NCBI GenBank assembly: GCA_002504905.1
Contig: DATY01000019.1
Span: forward strand, 30,326-94,325
DNA: 64,000 bases
From: Euryarchaeota archaeon UBA605
GTDB lineage: Archaea > Thermoplasmatota > Poseidoniia > Poseidoniales > Thalassarchaeaceae
Reading direction: 5' to 3'
The position numbers and the translations under genes are program-made. Below are positions 28,502 to 38,789 of this stretch, piece after piece; within the stretch, counting starts at the first letter, position 1, and each line of letters opens with the position of its first letter. A model generated the notes under the pieces. The model searched no databases. It was given only the letters and a program-made list of their open reading frames with translations, and was not told the origin of the DNA.

Positions 28502-30673
28502 CTATATTGATTTAGTAAGTTTTTCCAATAATTCATTTGCAGCTTGATTACATTCCGCTGCACGGAAACGGTGTATTGCTTCTTGCCAATATGATAAACG
28601 ATTTGACTGATTAATTACTCCTCTCCAATACCAACATTGAGCACTCATCCTTCGATACGCTGCTAAATCTTCTCTCAATGGAACTTGAAATAATTTTTCA
28701 TGAGTTTCTAATAACCAATCTGGGAAATCTGGTTTTGTCACTTCTAGTGCAGAATGAATCATACTAATTTTCTTTAATTCGTCTGAGCAGTCTTCGATAA
28801 AAGAATGTACCGATTCTAATGTTAAATTCAATAACTCAGGAGTATTCGAGATTGCTAATCTAGCCCTTAAGTCAAGCATCAATAGATGTTCTTCATTATG
28901 AGAAAGTATAGTCTCTAACTCTGATCTTGATTGTGACGCCAGAGTCATATCTGAAATTTCCAAAGCGATTGAATTTTTCAATAGATTTATCGCTAGTTCA
29001 GCAGTAAAACGGTCAGTATCTGATAAATCTTGGAAATCTAAATTATAAATTTCCATAAGAATTTCTTTTGCTAATGAATTATTGATTTTTCTAGAAATTC
29101 TATCATCAAATTTTCTAACCAACATAGAAATCTTGAATCTAATCTTTTCTGCGGCAGATAATAATGACAAACAAGAATTTTCTAATTCACTTGCAGAATT
29201 AATATCGCCATTTATTCTGAGTAGTCTGGCTGTACGGAGCATCTTTTGAGGACTATCTTCAATCATAGAAAGATGATTCTCAATAATCTCATATTCAGCT
29301 CTTTCAAATGCAATATCAACTGCTTTGAAACGGAAAATCTCATCATCCTCAAATTTAATTGCATCCTCTATTAGTAATGCAGCAGTAGCACTATTTTCTT
29401 TTGAAATATTCGAAATTTTATCTATTAAAGTATTTTTTTCAAAATCATTAGAATTAATTTTATGATATGTTTCAATCCAAAGAGCCTTGTTTCCATCTAT
29501 TTCTGACCAGAAATTTGCTGCTTTCTTATGCATATCTTTTCTCTCAGTTTCACTCCACAAAGAACGACGAACATTTCTAATTAAATGGTGGGGTTCAGAT
29601 TTTCTTTGAAACCATCTTAAAATCGCTGAATCATCTAATTCACCTATCCCATCAGAATCAAAAATTTCATTTTCTTCCAGAGGTATAGGGCTCAAACTTA
29701 ATTCATCTAAAGTAGAAAGAGCATCTTCAGTTAATTTACTAATTACATTAGATTCTACAAAATTCTGTACGGCTTCGACTTCAGCGGGTAATTCACTCTC
29801 TGGACTCCAGAGATTTAACGCGAGAGGGTGCCCCCCTAATGCTGTAACAATCTCTGATGCTTTTTCTTGATCTATTTCTTTTGGAAGAAGGTTCTTAGCA
29901 TCATTTTCATCCAGTCCTAACAGGCGATATTCAGAAAATCCATCTAAATTGCTAAAAGGATTTGGTGAACGAACTATTACTAATACCGAAGCTTTACTAT
30001 CTTGTAGGTCAGTAAGTAGCTTTCCAATTCCCTCAATATGTCTAGAATGAACTTCTTGAAGTTCGTCAATAATCAATAAATTTTTGTTTTTACCACATAA
30101 TGTCACTAAAGCAGAAATATCACGTAAAGATTTTTTCTCAGTCCACTGGAGAGCAATTTCCGATATATCCGTATTTGAATAACATGTTGCCCACCTTACC
30201 GTCCATCCCAGATCAATTATTTCAGGGACTAGGTTTCTTACAAGACTAGTTTTACCTATTCCAGGTAGACCGCTCAAAAAAATACTATTTCCGTCAATAA
30301 TTAATTTATTTAAATTATTTTTGTCAATTTCCCTTCCAAATATTCCAGATAATTCAGGAATCTGACCAAAGTATTTACCAGATTTTATTGAAGAAATGTT
30401 TTCAAAAGTACTAGTTTTTTCTCTTCCAATAGAAGTAATATGTACCACTTTTCTTTTTCTTGAACCTCCCCCTATTACATGAGCGACACGAGTAAAAACA
30501 AGACCTTCTTCTTCAAGTCTAGATAGTGGTTTATGTAATGATGAACGAACTAGTCCTAGAGAGTCTGCAAGACCGGGTAATGAAAGTCCTCTAGGCACAT
30601 CCCAACTACTTTCTATTTCCTCACCAAACTCTGAAAGTCGGGAAAGAATGGCTCTCTCAGTGTCGCTGAGCAT
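28502..30673 (-). CDS. wHTH + NB-ARC/AP-ATPase-like STAND NTPase + C-terminal helical repeat region
   Basis: N-terminal wHTH (LADSLGLVRSSLHKPLSRLEEEGLV). Walker A GLPGIGKTSL, Walker B LLIIDELQ, SVLVIVRS, and LGGHPLAL (GxPLAL-type motif). ~400 aa helical C-terminus. Confidence 0.7.
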   Translation of the reverse strand: MLSDTERAILSRLSEFGEEIESSWDVPRGLSLPGLADSLGLVRSSLHKPLSRLEEEGLVFTRVAHVIGGGSRKRKVVHITSIGREKTSTFENISSIKSGKYFGQIPELSGIFGREIDKNNLNKLIIDGNSIFLSGLPGIGKTSLVRNLVPEIIDLGWTVRWATCYSNTDISEIALQWTEKKSLRDISALVTLCGKNKNLLIIDELQEVHSRHIEGIGKLLTDLQDSKASVLVIVRSPNPFSNLDGFSEYRLLGLDENDAKNLLPKEIDQEKASEIVTALGGHPLALNLWSPESELPAEVEAVQNFVESNVISKLTEDALSTLDELSLSPIPLEENEIFDSDGIGELDDSAILRWFQRKSEPHHLIRNVRRSLWSETERKDMHKKAANFWSEIDGNKALWIETYHKINSNDFEKNTLIDKISNISKENSATAALLIEDAIKFEDDEIFRFKAVDIAFERAEYEIIENHLSMIEDSPQKMLRTARLLRINGDINSASELENSCLSLLSAAEKIRFKISMLVRKFDDRISRKINNSLAKEILMEIYNLDFQDLSDTDRFTAELAINLLKNSIALEISDMTLASQSRSELETILSHNEEHLLMLDLRARLAISNTPELLNLTLESVHSFIEDCSDELKKISMIHSALEVTKPDFPDWLLETHEKLFQVPLREDLAAYRRMSAQCWYWRGVINQSNRLSYWQEAIHRFRAAECNQAANELLEKLTKSI

Positions 30674-30728
30674 GACACTCGAGTATGTCTAGGGTTCATG
30701 GGTATTCACCTATCCCGTTCATACTGTT

Positions 30729-32453
30729 ATGGCACTCGAGGGTAGTCAAATTGATTTTCCGAATAAGCCCGGAGTGTATCTTTTCAAGCAGAAAAATGAA
30801 CGTGTATTATATGTTGGCAAGGCTAATAATCTGAAAGAAAGGGTAAAATCTTATTTCTCAAAAAATCCTGATAGGAAGATGATCCCGCAACTAGTTTTAA
30901 ATTCTGAGAAGGTAGATTTTATTGTAACTCAGAATCCTAATGAAGCACTGGTTCTCGAAAGAGAATTGATTCGTAAGCATAAACCAAAATATAATTCCAG
31001 ATTGAAAGATGATAAATCATATCCATTTATTTCTCTTACAAATGAAGAGTATCCAAGAATTCTCTACACTAGATTTCCTGCAGAAAATGATAAACGTTGG
31101 GGACCTTTTCCCGATGCAGGTGCTGCAAAAAGAGTAATTCAACTTTTAAGGAGACAATTTGGAATTAGAGATAAAGATTGTAACGGAAAGGATGGGTGCT
31201 TCGCACAGCATATTGGACTCTGTAAAGGGCCATGTATTAATCCGGAAGGTTACTCTGAAGTTGTGAAAATGGTTACAAGCGTTTTAGATGGAAATGCAGG
31301 TAAACTAATTCAAGAACTTAATATTGAAATGAGTAAGTATTCTAAAGAATTAGAATATGAAAAGGCTGGAGATATAAGGGATTTGATTACTTCAGTTCAA
31401 TCAACTATCTCACAACAAATAATTAATTCAAGATTTTATCAGGACTGTGATGCAATAGGATTCTCTCAAAGAGAAGATTTTGCTGTGGTTGTGATACTTC
31501 ACGCTAAAGATGGGATTATCCAAGGTGAGGTAAACTATCCATTAATTCACAAGGGAGATATTTCTGAATCTGTTTCTCTAGTTTTGTCTGAACATTATTC
31601 TGAAAGAAAGCCACCTAAAACAATTCTTCTACCTACTCCAATTACAAAAGTAATGCAAGAATGGCTCTCAGAAAGAAAGGGGAAGAAAGTTGAAACTAGG
31701 ATTCCAATTAAGGGGGAGCTGGCTAAACTACAAAAAATGGCTACAAGAAATGCAGAGATTCAGGTTACTAGACAGAAAAATAAACGTTCAGGTAACTTAG
31801 AAAAAATTGCTGCAGAAGATGGAGCGAGATTATTGAAACTAGAATCTTTAGACCATATTGTTTGTTTCGATATGGCACAACTTCAAGGAAGCGAAAGAGT
31901 GGGTGCTTCAGTAGTATTTAGAAAAGGGAGACCTTCGAAAAAAGAGTATAGAACTTATAGAGTAAAAACAGAAGTTTTGGACGACCTTAGAATGATGTCT
32001 GAGGTAGTAGAAAGATGGTTGAAACGGCAAGATGAATGGCCAGATTTACTATTACTAGATGGAGGGAAAACCCATCTTAACAGTATAAATGACTTGTTAA
32101 AAAGAAGGAATTTAGAAGGTGCTTTCCCTGTTGCTGCATTAGCAAAAAAGGAAGAAACAATCTTCCGCCTGGGTAAAGAACCTATTAAAATCGATAGAAA
32201 AGGAAGAGTTTTGATTCATTCTAGAGATGAGGCGCATAGATTTGTTAATAAATTTCATCGTCAAAGAAGGGGAAAAAATACTTTGAAAAATCCTCTAGAG
32301 AATATTGAAGGGTTAGGGGCAAAAAAGATTCAAGCATTAATGGTTCATTTTGGAAGTTATAAAAAAATAAAATTTGCCTCTATTGAAGAACTTCAAAGGG
32401 TTCCAGGTATTGGTAAAGAAATGTCTAAGAAAATATATTCTGAACTAGTTTAA
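30729..32453 (+). CDS. uvrC: Excinuclease ABC subunit C
   Basis: GIY-YIG (GVYLFK...LYVGKANNLKERV), UVR domain, C-terminal (HhH)2 (IEGLGAKK...VPGIGKEMSKKIY). Confidence 0.9.
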   Translation: MALEGSQIDFPNKPGVYLFKQKNERVLYVGKANNLKERVKSYFSKNPDRKMIPQLVLNSEKVDFIVTQNPNEALVLERELIRKHKPKYNSRLKDDKSYPFISLTNEEYPRILYTRFPAENDKRWGPFPDAGAAKRVIQLLRRQFGIRDKDCNGKDGCFAQHIGLCKGPCINPEGYSEVVKMVTSVLDGNAGKLIQELNIEMSKYSKELEYEKAGDIRDLITSVQSTISQQIINSRFYQDCDAIGFSQREDFAVVVILHAKDGIIQGEVNYPLIHKGDISESVSLVLSEHYSERKPPKTILLPTPITKVMQEWLSERKGKKVETRIPIKGELAKLQKMATRNAEIQVTRQKNKRSGNLEKIAAEDGARLLKLESLDHIVCFDMAQLQGSERVGASVVFRKGRPSKKEYRTYRVKTEVLDDLRMMSEVVERWLKRQDEWPDLLLLDGGKTHLNSINDLLKRRNLEGAFPVAALAKKEETIFRLGKEPIKIDRKGRVLIHSRDEAHRFVNKFHRQRRGKNTLKNPLENIEGLGAKKIQALMVHFGSYKKIKFASIEELQRVPGIGKEMSKKIYSELV

Positions 32454-32454
32454 T

Positions 32455-35433
32455 TCAGGAAGTATTGTCATTCTCATTATCATCTTTCTCAAAATATGAC
32501 TCGTTCGCAACAACTACTGGAGAATCCATGGAACCAAACACTTCAACTGCTGCAACTTCTGTAAGTTCACTTTGTAATAATTCCTGTTTTTGAATTTTTA
32601 ATAATCTTTTTTCTTTTCTTCTTCTTCTCACACGGACTGAGAACATTGCTAGCAATGAAATTAATAGAATAATGTATGGAATTAATTCAACAAAAATAAA
32701 TGACCAACTATACTCTAGACTAAATGTTACTAAGTCAGCATTTTTTTTGCAATCATACCAAGTTTGTGAGTCGGGACAAACCGGTGTGAGATATGTGATT
32801 ATCTGTCTACCTTCAACTTCAGAAATATCTCCAAGTCCCTTAGAACTTTCAAAAGAAGAAAATCTAATTTCATCTGGCATATGCATTACTATATATGATG
32901 AAGTGCGAATAGTTCCAAAAATAGTATATTCCATTATTGGGAAAATTTGTTGCTGAATCTGTGAATTCTCAAATGTAATTCCAAAGTCACTAGTGATTGG
33001 ATTTCCAAATGGCCATTGAAATAAATATTGAGAAGAAACATATGATGATCTGTGAACATCAAGATTGAGTTGATTATCAAGAGAAGATAGACTCATCTCA
33101 GCATTTTTAATTGACGCAGAGAAATTAATCGGATTCAAGTCTGAAGGAGTAATTGTTTCAGGAATTTGATAAATTTCAGGATTAAATTGGAAAGGAGTTC
33201 TGACTAAGTTGGTATTCAAATCATATTTTCCAAAACCGAAATCTAATGCGAAGTTAGAGAGCTCATTGTCACTAATCACTGAAGGAAATATCTCATTAAG
33301 ATCTTCAGCAAATTGGCTCATTCCTGAATTAGATATTGTCATATTTATCATTTTTCCATTACCAAAATCTAGAGGGGCTTTTATTTCGGAGCCACCTAAT
33401 AATCCTCCTTCACTATTTATTTGATTACCAAAAGATGGTGGTTTCCTATCACCAATAGCAATTGCTCTGCGAATTAAATCAGATGGAATTGGCTGTAACT
33501 CGATATTTTCTTCACCTAAATCGATATTTAATCGATGAATAGATAGAATTATTTCAGCATCAAAATCAATATTAATTTCTCCACTTAATTCATTTATTGC
33601 AATATTATCAATGAAAAATTCGGCTTTGGAAGTAATACATGTAGCTTGTTTAGATGAACAAATCAAATCATCTGAAGAGTCTTCACAAGGCACTGAATTT
33701 AAACAGATTGGATGTTGCCAATCAAAAATTCTTGTCCCTTCAAATCCAGACTCATAGTTTTCATCTTCATGGAATAATGAATTAATTACAATCGATCTAT
33801 CCTCTTGATTCGTAGAACGAATCCATTCAGGGAGAAGTAATTCTAGATTTATATTCGTATTTGGAAAATCTTCGGGTAAAATTTCCTGTAACCATCCAGA
33901 GTTAGAAGAAAAATTCACTTCTACTACACTCATCATTGCTGCAAAATCTTCATCATTAACTATTGAAAAGTCCAAAGTAGAAACATCACCAAGACTGGAA
34001 CCTAGTATATTCTGAATAATATTGGACATTTGAACTTGAACTGGCTGAGAACTTGATTGAATATATATTGGATAATTACCTGACATGGGTGTTTCATCGT
34101 CCAAACAGTATCTAACTTCTAACATTTCATTACAAGTTTCTCCATTTTGATGTCTGAAGTCCAATCCTCCAGAATCATCTGAGGAAGAAAAAATTGGTTG
34201 GATAAAATCTATCTGAGTACCAAATAATTCGGAAAAACCTGTAGATATTTCACCTATTGGAATTCCTTGAATTAGTGGCGATAAATCCTCTTCTAACTCA
34301 TAATCTAGCATTCTGATTCCATCTGATGTGATTATTGGGATATTCATCTCATCGTCTTCGAAATCAACTAGCCAATTATTCAAAGCATCCGAAGTAAGAT
34401 AATGTATGGATAATATCATTTCAATCTCAGTATTACTCGATTCTCTAGCATCGATAAATACATCTATTGATAGAGAAGGTTGATGATCATCAATTGATAA
34501 TATTAAAGACGGGTCTCTATTTTTAATTCTCATCACTAGATTTTCTGAAAGGTCAGAATTTATATTCTCAGGTACAGTATTGTCAAGAGACAGATGACCG
34601 TAGTTTTGAGGCAATTGATTTGGATTATTTTTTGTAAGTAATATACCAGGATTTTCTACTCCAAATGCTGTTGAATAATCTGGAGGAGAAACTGTTAATT
34701 CTACATAATGACCAGGTAGTGCCTTGGCATTAAATGAAGATTCAACATCTCCTCCCATCAACAGAAGTCCTCGGATAGTCCTGTCTAAATCTCCAGTATT
34801 TTCTTTTATTCCAAGATTATCTGGATTGAGAGTTAAGATAAATACACCTCTGAAACATAATGGGGGATTAAATGGATCATTCATAATTCCATTCACTTCA
34901 TCAATTGAATCTTGAGAATTATCGTAAGTACATTGTAGGTTTCCAATAGAAGAAAAATCTATTGAAGAAATAGTGTTTAATAGAGAATCCTCAGTATAGT
35001 CGAAATTATCTTCGATATATTCTCTCATATTCGTCTGAATTAAAGAAATCATTCTTTCTTCGATTGTAAAACCGTTTCTTTCAAGATCAAGATAATTTCT
35101 TATGTAATCAGCCGGAATTCCATCTTCAAAATTACTATCTCCTTGCAGATCTAAGTCTTCCAAGTCTAAATCAGAACGAGATAATTCATGAACAGCAGTT
35201 GATATCGTTAAAGAAACACTATCTGCATTAACCACGTTGACCACAATGGATGATTTAATCCATTCATCAAAAGTTGAACCATCTAGATTAGATTGATAAT
35301 CATCACAAATGCCATTCTGACTATTCCATGTGGAACAAATATCGTTTCCTACTTCAGGTTCTCCAGGAGGCGGAGATGCTGAATAAACTGGAAAAATTAG
35401 CAACATTACCAGTAACATTGCTACACGCTGCAT
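32455..35433 (-). CDS. 992-aa acidic membrane-anchored surface protein, no recognisable domains
   Basis: Signal peptide MLLVMLLIFPVYSA. D/E/N/S-rich ectodomain. C-terminal TM IPYIILLISLLAMF, then RVRRRRKEKR and an acidic tail. Confidence 0.6.
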   Translation of the reverse strand: MQRVAMLLVMLLIFPVYSASPPPGEPEVGNDICSTWNSQNGICDDYQSNLDGSTFDEWIKSSIVVNVVNADSVSLTISTAVHELSRSDLDLEDLDLQGDSNFEDGIPADYIRNYLDLERNGFTIEERMISLIQTNMREYIEDNFDYTEDSLLNTISSIDFSSIGNLQCTYDNSQDSIDEVNGIMNDPFNPPLCFRGVFILTLNPDNLGIKENTGDLDRTIRGLLLMGGDVESSFNAKALPGHYVELTVSPPDYSTAFGVENPGILLTKNNPNQLPQNYGHLSLDNTVPENINSDLSENLVMRIKNRDPSLILSIDDHQPSLSIDVFIDARESSNTEIEMILSIHYLTSDALNNWLVDFEDDEMNIPIITSDGIRMLDYELEEDLSPLIQGIPIGEISTGFSELFGTQIDFIQPIFSSSDDSGGLDFRHQNGETCNEMLEVRYCLDDETPMSGNYPIYIQSSSQPVQVQMSNIIQNILGSSLGDVSTLDFSIVNDEDFAAMMSVVEVNFSSNSGWLQEILPEDFPNTNINLELLLPEWIRSTNQEDRSIVINSLFHEDENYESGFEGTRIFDWQHPICLNSVPCEDSSDDLICSSKQATCITSKAEFFIDNIAINELSGEINIDFDAEIILSIHRLNIDLGEENIELQPIPSDLIRRAIAIGDRKPPSFGNQINSEGGLLGGSEIKAPLDFGNGKMINMTISNSGMSQFAEDLNEIFPSVISDNELSNFALDFGFGKYDLNTNLVRTPFQFNPEIYQIPETITPSDLNPINFSASIKNAEMSLSSLDNQLNLDVHRSSYVSSQYLFQWPFGNPITSDFGITFENSQIQQQIFPIMEYTIFGTIRTSSYIVMHMPDEIRFSSFESSKGLGDISEVEGRQIITYLTPVCPDSQTWYDCKKNADLVTFSLEYSWSFIFVELIPYIILLISLLAMFSVRVRRRRKEKRLLKIQKQELLQSELTEVAAVEVFGSMDSPVVVANESYFEKDDNENDNTS

Positions 35434-35490
35434 GATTGTTGCAAAAAGTCATCTACCATAAGTCTGAATCCATCCTGCATCTCCGAAGTA

Positions 35491-36390
35491 TTGATGAGTA
35501 GGGGAAATCCTGGTTCTCGACTTCGAGAAAATATTCATTCTTTACTCAAATTGAAAGGGATAGATGATGAAATATTAGTTAAATTATTAGACGATGTTCC
35601 AAGACGCTGGGAAAGATTCGATGATGTTGCCATAATTCCAAGTTCATCTTTTAGGATGGTTGAATGGGAGTCGATTATCGATAATGAATTTTGGATCAAA
35701 GTTTGTCAGAGTTTGAATGTAGATAGATTAGCTAGATCTGGAGAAATAATTGGTGAAAAGAGAGAATCAACTGTAGAGATGTTAGTTGGAAATAATGATT
35801 GGGTAATAAGAAAAGAAAATGGTATAAAATATGGGTATAACATTACTCAGTGTATGTTCTCTTCGGGCAATATTAATGAAAGAAGAAGAATGGGTGAAAT
35901 AGTCACAGAAAATGAAATAGTAGTTGATTTATTCTGTGGAATTGGATATTATACTCTACCAATATTAGTAAAAAATAATCTTGTACATGTTTATTCTTGC
36001 GAATGGAATACTAATGCAATTAATGCATTAAGATTTAATCTTGAAAATAATAATGTGTATAGAAAATGTACAATTCTTGAGGGAGATAATCGGGAAACTA
36101 CTGATGAATTAGGGAACAAAGCAGATAGAGTATTACTAGGACTTCTACCAACTGCAGAAGACTCCTACAATGTGGCTTTGAAATGTATGAAAGAAAAGGG
36201 AGGAGTTCTACATATTCATGGATTGGCTCCCTCTAATAATCATCAAGAATTCCTCTCTGAAACTACGGAAAAATTACTCAAAATTAATTTGAATTACAAG
36301 ATAATAAACAGTAAAATAAACAAAATTAAATCTTATGCACCACATTGGGACCATTTAGTTTTAGATATTGAAATAGAAAATAATTCATGA
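35491..36390 (+). CDS. taw2: tRNA wyosine-derivative synthesis protein Taw2/TYW2 (Trm5-like class I SAM enzyme)
   Basis: VVDLFCGIGYYTLP SAM-binding motif and CEWNTNA (the TYW2-type EWNP-like motif rather than the Trm5 D-x-NP motif). Confidence 0.65.
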   Translation: MMSRGNPGSRLRENIHSLLKLKGIDDEILVKLLDDVPRRWERFDDVAIIPSSSFRMVEWESIIDNEFWIKVCQSLNVDRLARSGEIIGEKRESTVEMLVGNNDWVIRKENGIKYGYNITQCMFSSGNINERRRMGEIVTENEIVVDLFCGIGYYTLPILVKNNLVHVYSCEWNTNAINALRFNLENNNVYRKCTILEGDNRETTDELGNKADRVLLGLLPTAEDSYNVALKCMKEKGGVLHIHGLAPSNNHQEFLSETTEKLLKINLNYKIINSKINKIKSYAPHWDHLVLDIEIENNS

Positions 36391-36458
36391 ATTGATTTGG
36401 AGAATTGATTACACAAAAAAACAGTCTATATTTTATCCTATCATAAATTCCGAAGAGC

Positions 36459-38231
36459 ATGCGCACTCTCGCACTCATGATTTGTCTACTCATGATAGTG
36501 CCAACGTTAGCAGGTTGTTTTACTGAGGACACAGAAAAAGTTAGCAACAATGATGAGTGGTGGGACACTCCCATCCATGAAAGAGAAAATATGGAATTAA
36601 ATATGACAGGATGGAGAAGTCAACTACCTGTAGAAGGAATCTACTCATGGTCAGGTCCAACTGAACACTTCGTAGAAGTCGAACTACCTCTCTCCGAACA
36701 AGATGTAGGTTATCCTGAACCAGCTTTAATGCACGTTTCCTTGTGGATGCCCGATGTTCCTAATGGGACAAAAGTTCCTGTAATTGCAACAGTACATCCA
36801 TACTATGATTTTGGAGGTGAAGGAATCGCTGGCGAAGATTCGAACCCTAATACTGTTCCAGATGCTGGAGTAGGTTTGTGGGTTCTAGAAGAATTTGTAC
36901 CTCATGGATATGCCCTTGCACAAATTTCTACATTTGGCACAGGTAAGTCGACTCATTGTCAAGACGTAAAGGGACTTGGAGAACAAATTGGAATACAAGC
37001 TGCAGTTCATTGGCTTGGTGAACAAGATTGGTCAAATGGAAATGTTGGTTTAATGGGAAAATCATATGCGGGAACAACCAATTGGGAAGCCGCTCAAAAT
37101 CCATCTGAACATTTGAAAACTATTGTTCCAATATCGGGTTCTATAGGAGTTCAACAAATGTTCTACAGAAATGGATCTAGTGAAGCTAGAGCTATGCTGT
37201 ATGATGTTCTGTATGAGGGGGCAACTGCTGATGCCACAAGCGATGATATGAGATTCTGTACCGATGATGCAATCGGTCCTTTGAGTCCATTTACAACTTG
37301 GTTTGGAGCGGGACTAGGTGGAGATGAATGGAATGATTATTGGGAAGAAAGATACCATTTACAAGATGTTATTGATAATTACAATGGTAGTGTATACATT
37401 GTTTGGGGTTTACAAGATTGGAATGTTGATCCATATCATGCATTCCCAACGCATCAATTATTGAAAGATGCAGGAATAAATGTTCGTTCGATTGCTGGAC
37501 AATGGGGGCATAATTATCCTGACCAACAAAGTGTCCATGAGGGATTAGAATCAGGATATGGTGCTGAAGCATTCCCGAGTGTAACTAGAATGGATTGGGC
37601 TGTTGAGTTATTTCCATGGTTTGAATATTACTTGAAAGGTATAGGGGAAGAACCGGAATCCTATGTTCAAGTACAAAGAAATGATGGAGAATGGCATATT
37701 GAAGGAACTTGGCCTGCTGAAGATACTAATAATGTACAATATGCAATTGCGGATTGGGAAGGAGGGATGTCAGGAACAGTTAATTCTCAACAATCAATGA
37801 CTATAACAAGTCAACCATTTACTGAAGATATGCACATCTCTGGACTACCAACATTACATATAGATGCTAGAACAAATACTTGTAATGGTGGACAATTATT
37901 CGTAACAATGTTCGATGGAACTTCAGGTTTAAGATTAGGGCATGCAACTATGGATGTCAGATATAGGGATGGAGGATATGATGCCAAACCAACATCTCCT
38001 ATGACCAGTTATAGAATGCTGATGGAATTTAATCCAATGGATGTTATTATCCCTAAGGGGCATACAATTCAATTGGTAGTTACTGAATCCGGAGAAGACT
38101 ACTTGCCCTCACCATGTGCTTCTGTGGGAATGACGATATTTGCAGGTTATCAAGTACTTACATTACCCACCTTAGATAGGCCATTAGATCATGAAAACTG
38201 GTTTAATGCTCCAAACTGGTGGGATGAATAA
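36459..38231 (+). CDS. CocE/NonD family hydrolase / X-Pro dipeptidyl-peptidase (S15)-like, probable lipoprotein
   Basis: Signal peptide ending in lipobox-like TLAGC. GLMGKSYAGT nucleophile elbow. Length and C-terminal beta-sandwich-like region fit S15. Confidence 0.65.
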   Translation: MRTLALMICLLMIVPTLAGCFTEDTEKVSNNDEWWDTPIHERENMELNMTGWRSQLPVEGIYSWSGPTEHFVEVELPLSEQDVGYPEPALMHVSLWMPDVPNGTKVPVIATVHPYYDFGGEGIAGEDSNPNTVPDAGVGLWVLEEFVPHGYALAQISTFGTGKSTHCQDVKGLGEQIGIQAAVHWLGEQDWSNGNVGLMGKSYAGTTNWEAAQNPSEHLKTIVPISGSIGVQQMFYRNGSSEARAMLYDVLYEGATADATSDDMRFCTDDAIGPLSPFTTWFGAGLGGDEWNDYWEERYHLQDVIDNYNGSVYIVWGLQDWNVDPYHAFPTHQLLKDAGINVRSIAGQWGHNYPDQQSVHEGLESGYGAEAFPSVTRMDWAVELFPWFEYYLKGIGEEPESYVQVQRNDGEWHIEGTWPAEDTNNVQYAIADWEGGMSGTVNSQQSMTITSQPFTEDMHISGLPTLHIDARTNTCNGGQLFVTMFDGTSGLRLGHATMDVRYRDGGYDAKPTSPMTSYRMLMEFNPMDVIIPKGHTIQLVVTESGEDYLPSPCASVGMTIFAGYQVLTLPTLDRPLDHENWFNAPNWWDE

Positions 38232-38763
38232 TTGGGATATTCTTTAATTTACCAAGACATTCTTTATGAAAATAATTACTCCGAAATTTACGTGAACTGC
38301 GTTTTACAACAAACCCACATTTCGAACATGTCCAGGCCCATCGAGCCTTGATTTCTTGTAATTCACTAGTTAATTGTCTACCAATAATATTCATTTGTTT
38401 TTTCCTTGGCCAAAGATTTTCTAATTGACGAAATTTTTTATCATGAGAAAAATTTCCTAAACAATGTATATATTCGTGAAAAAGAACAAATTCAGCATAT
38501 TGTGAATATGACTTTTCAAACAGTTTTTGGTTTAGTCTAATCATGCAATTAGTAGGACTAATTTTTTTAGATTTGTCTAAATTGGTTGTGAGACCATGTC
38601 TAGAAATAGAGTTTCTTGAAAGAAAAGATATTTCTATCCGATATAATTGTAAAAGTTCTTTTTCTGAAAAAAATCTCTCATTATTTTTATCAACAAAAGT
38701 TCTCATTCTAGATAGTACATTATATCTTAATTGTGATAGGATTTCATAATCACTATTATCCAT
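38203..38763 (-). CDS. SprT-like/DUF45 (YgjP-type) zinc metallopeptidase-like protein with C-terminal zinc ribbon
   Basis: HEYIHCLGNFSHDKKF (HExxH-x6-H) and CSKCG...HKEC. Its 3' end overlaps the convergent S15 gene by 29 nt. Confidence 0.55.
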   Translation of the reverse strand: MDNSDYEILSQLRYNVLSRMRTFVDKNNERFFSEKELLQLYRIEISFLSRNSISRHGLTTNLDKSKKISPTNCMIRLNQKLFEKSYSQYAEFVLFHEYIHCLGNFSHDKKFRQLENLWPRKKQMNIIGRQLTSELQEIKARWAWTCSKCGFVVKRSSRKFRSNYFHKECLGKLKNIPIIHPTSLEH

Positions 38764-38789
38764 AATAATAACTCTTTAGAGTAAGAAAT

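Noticed and set aside
30674-30745. Duplicated CACTCGAG (with AGTATG/CATACT) in the 55-bp divergent region between the STAND gene and uvrC, considered as an operator.
   Set aside because: The repeats are short and imperfect, and one copy lies inside the uvrC coding sequence (MALEG). It cannot be distinguished from chance by eye. It is mentioned only as a probe region for binding assays.
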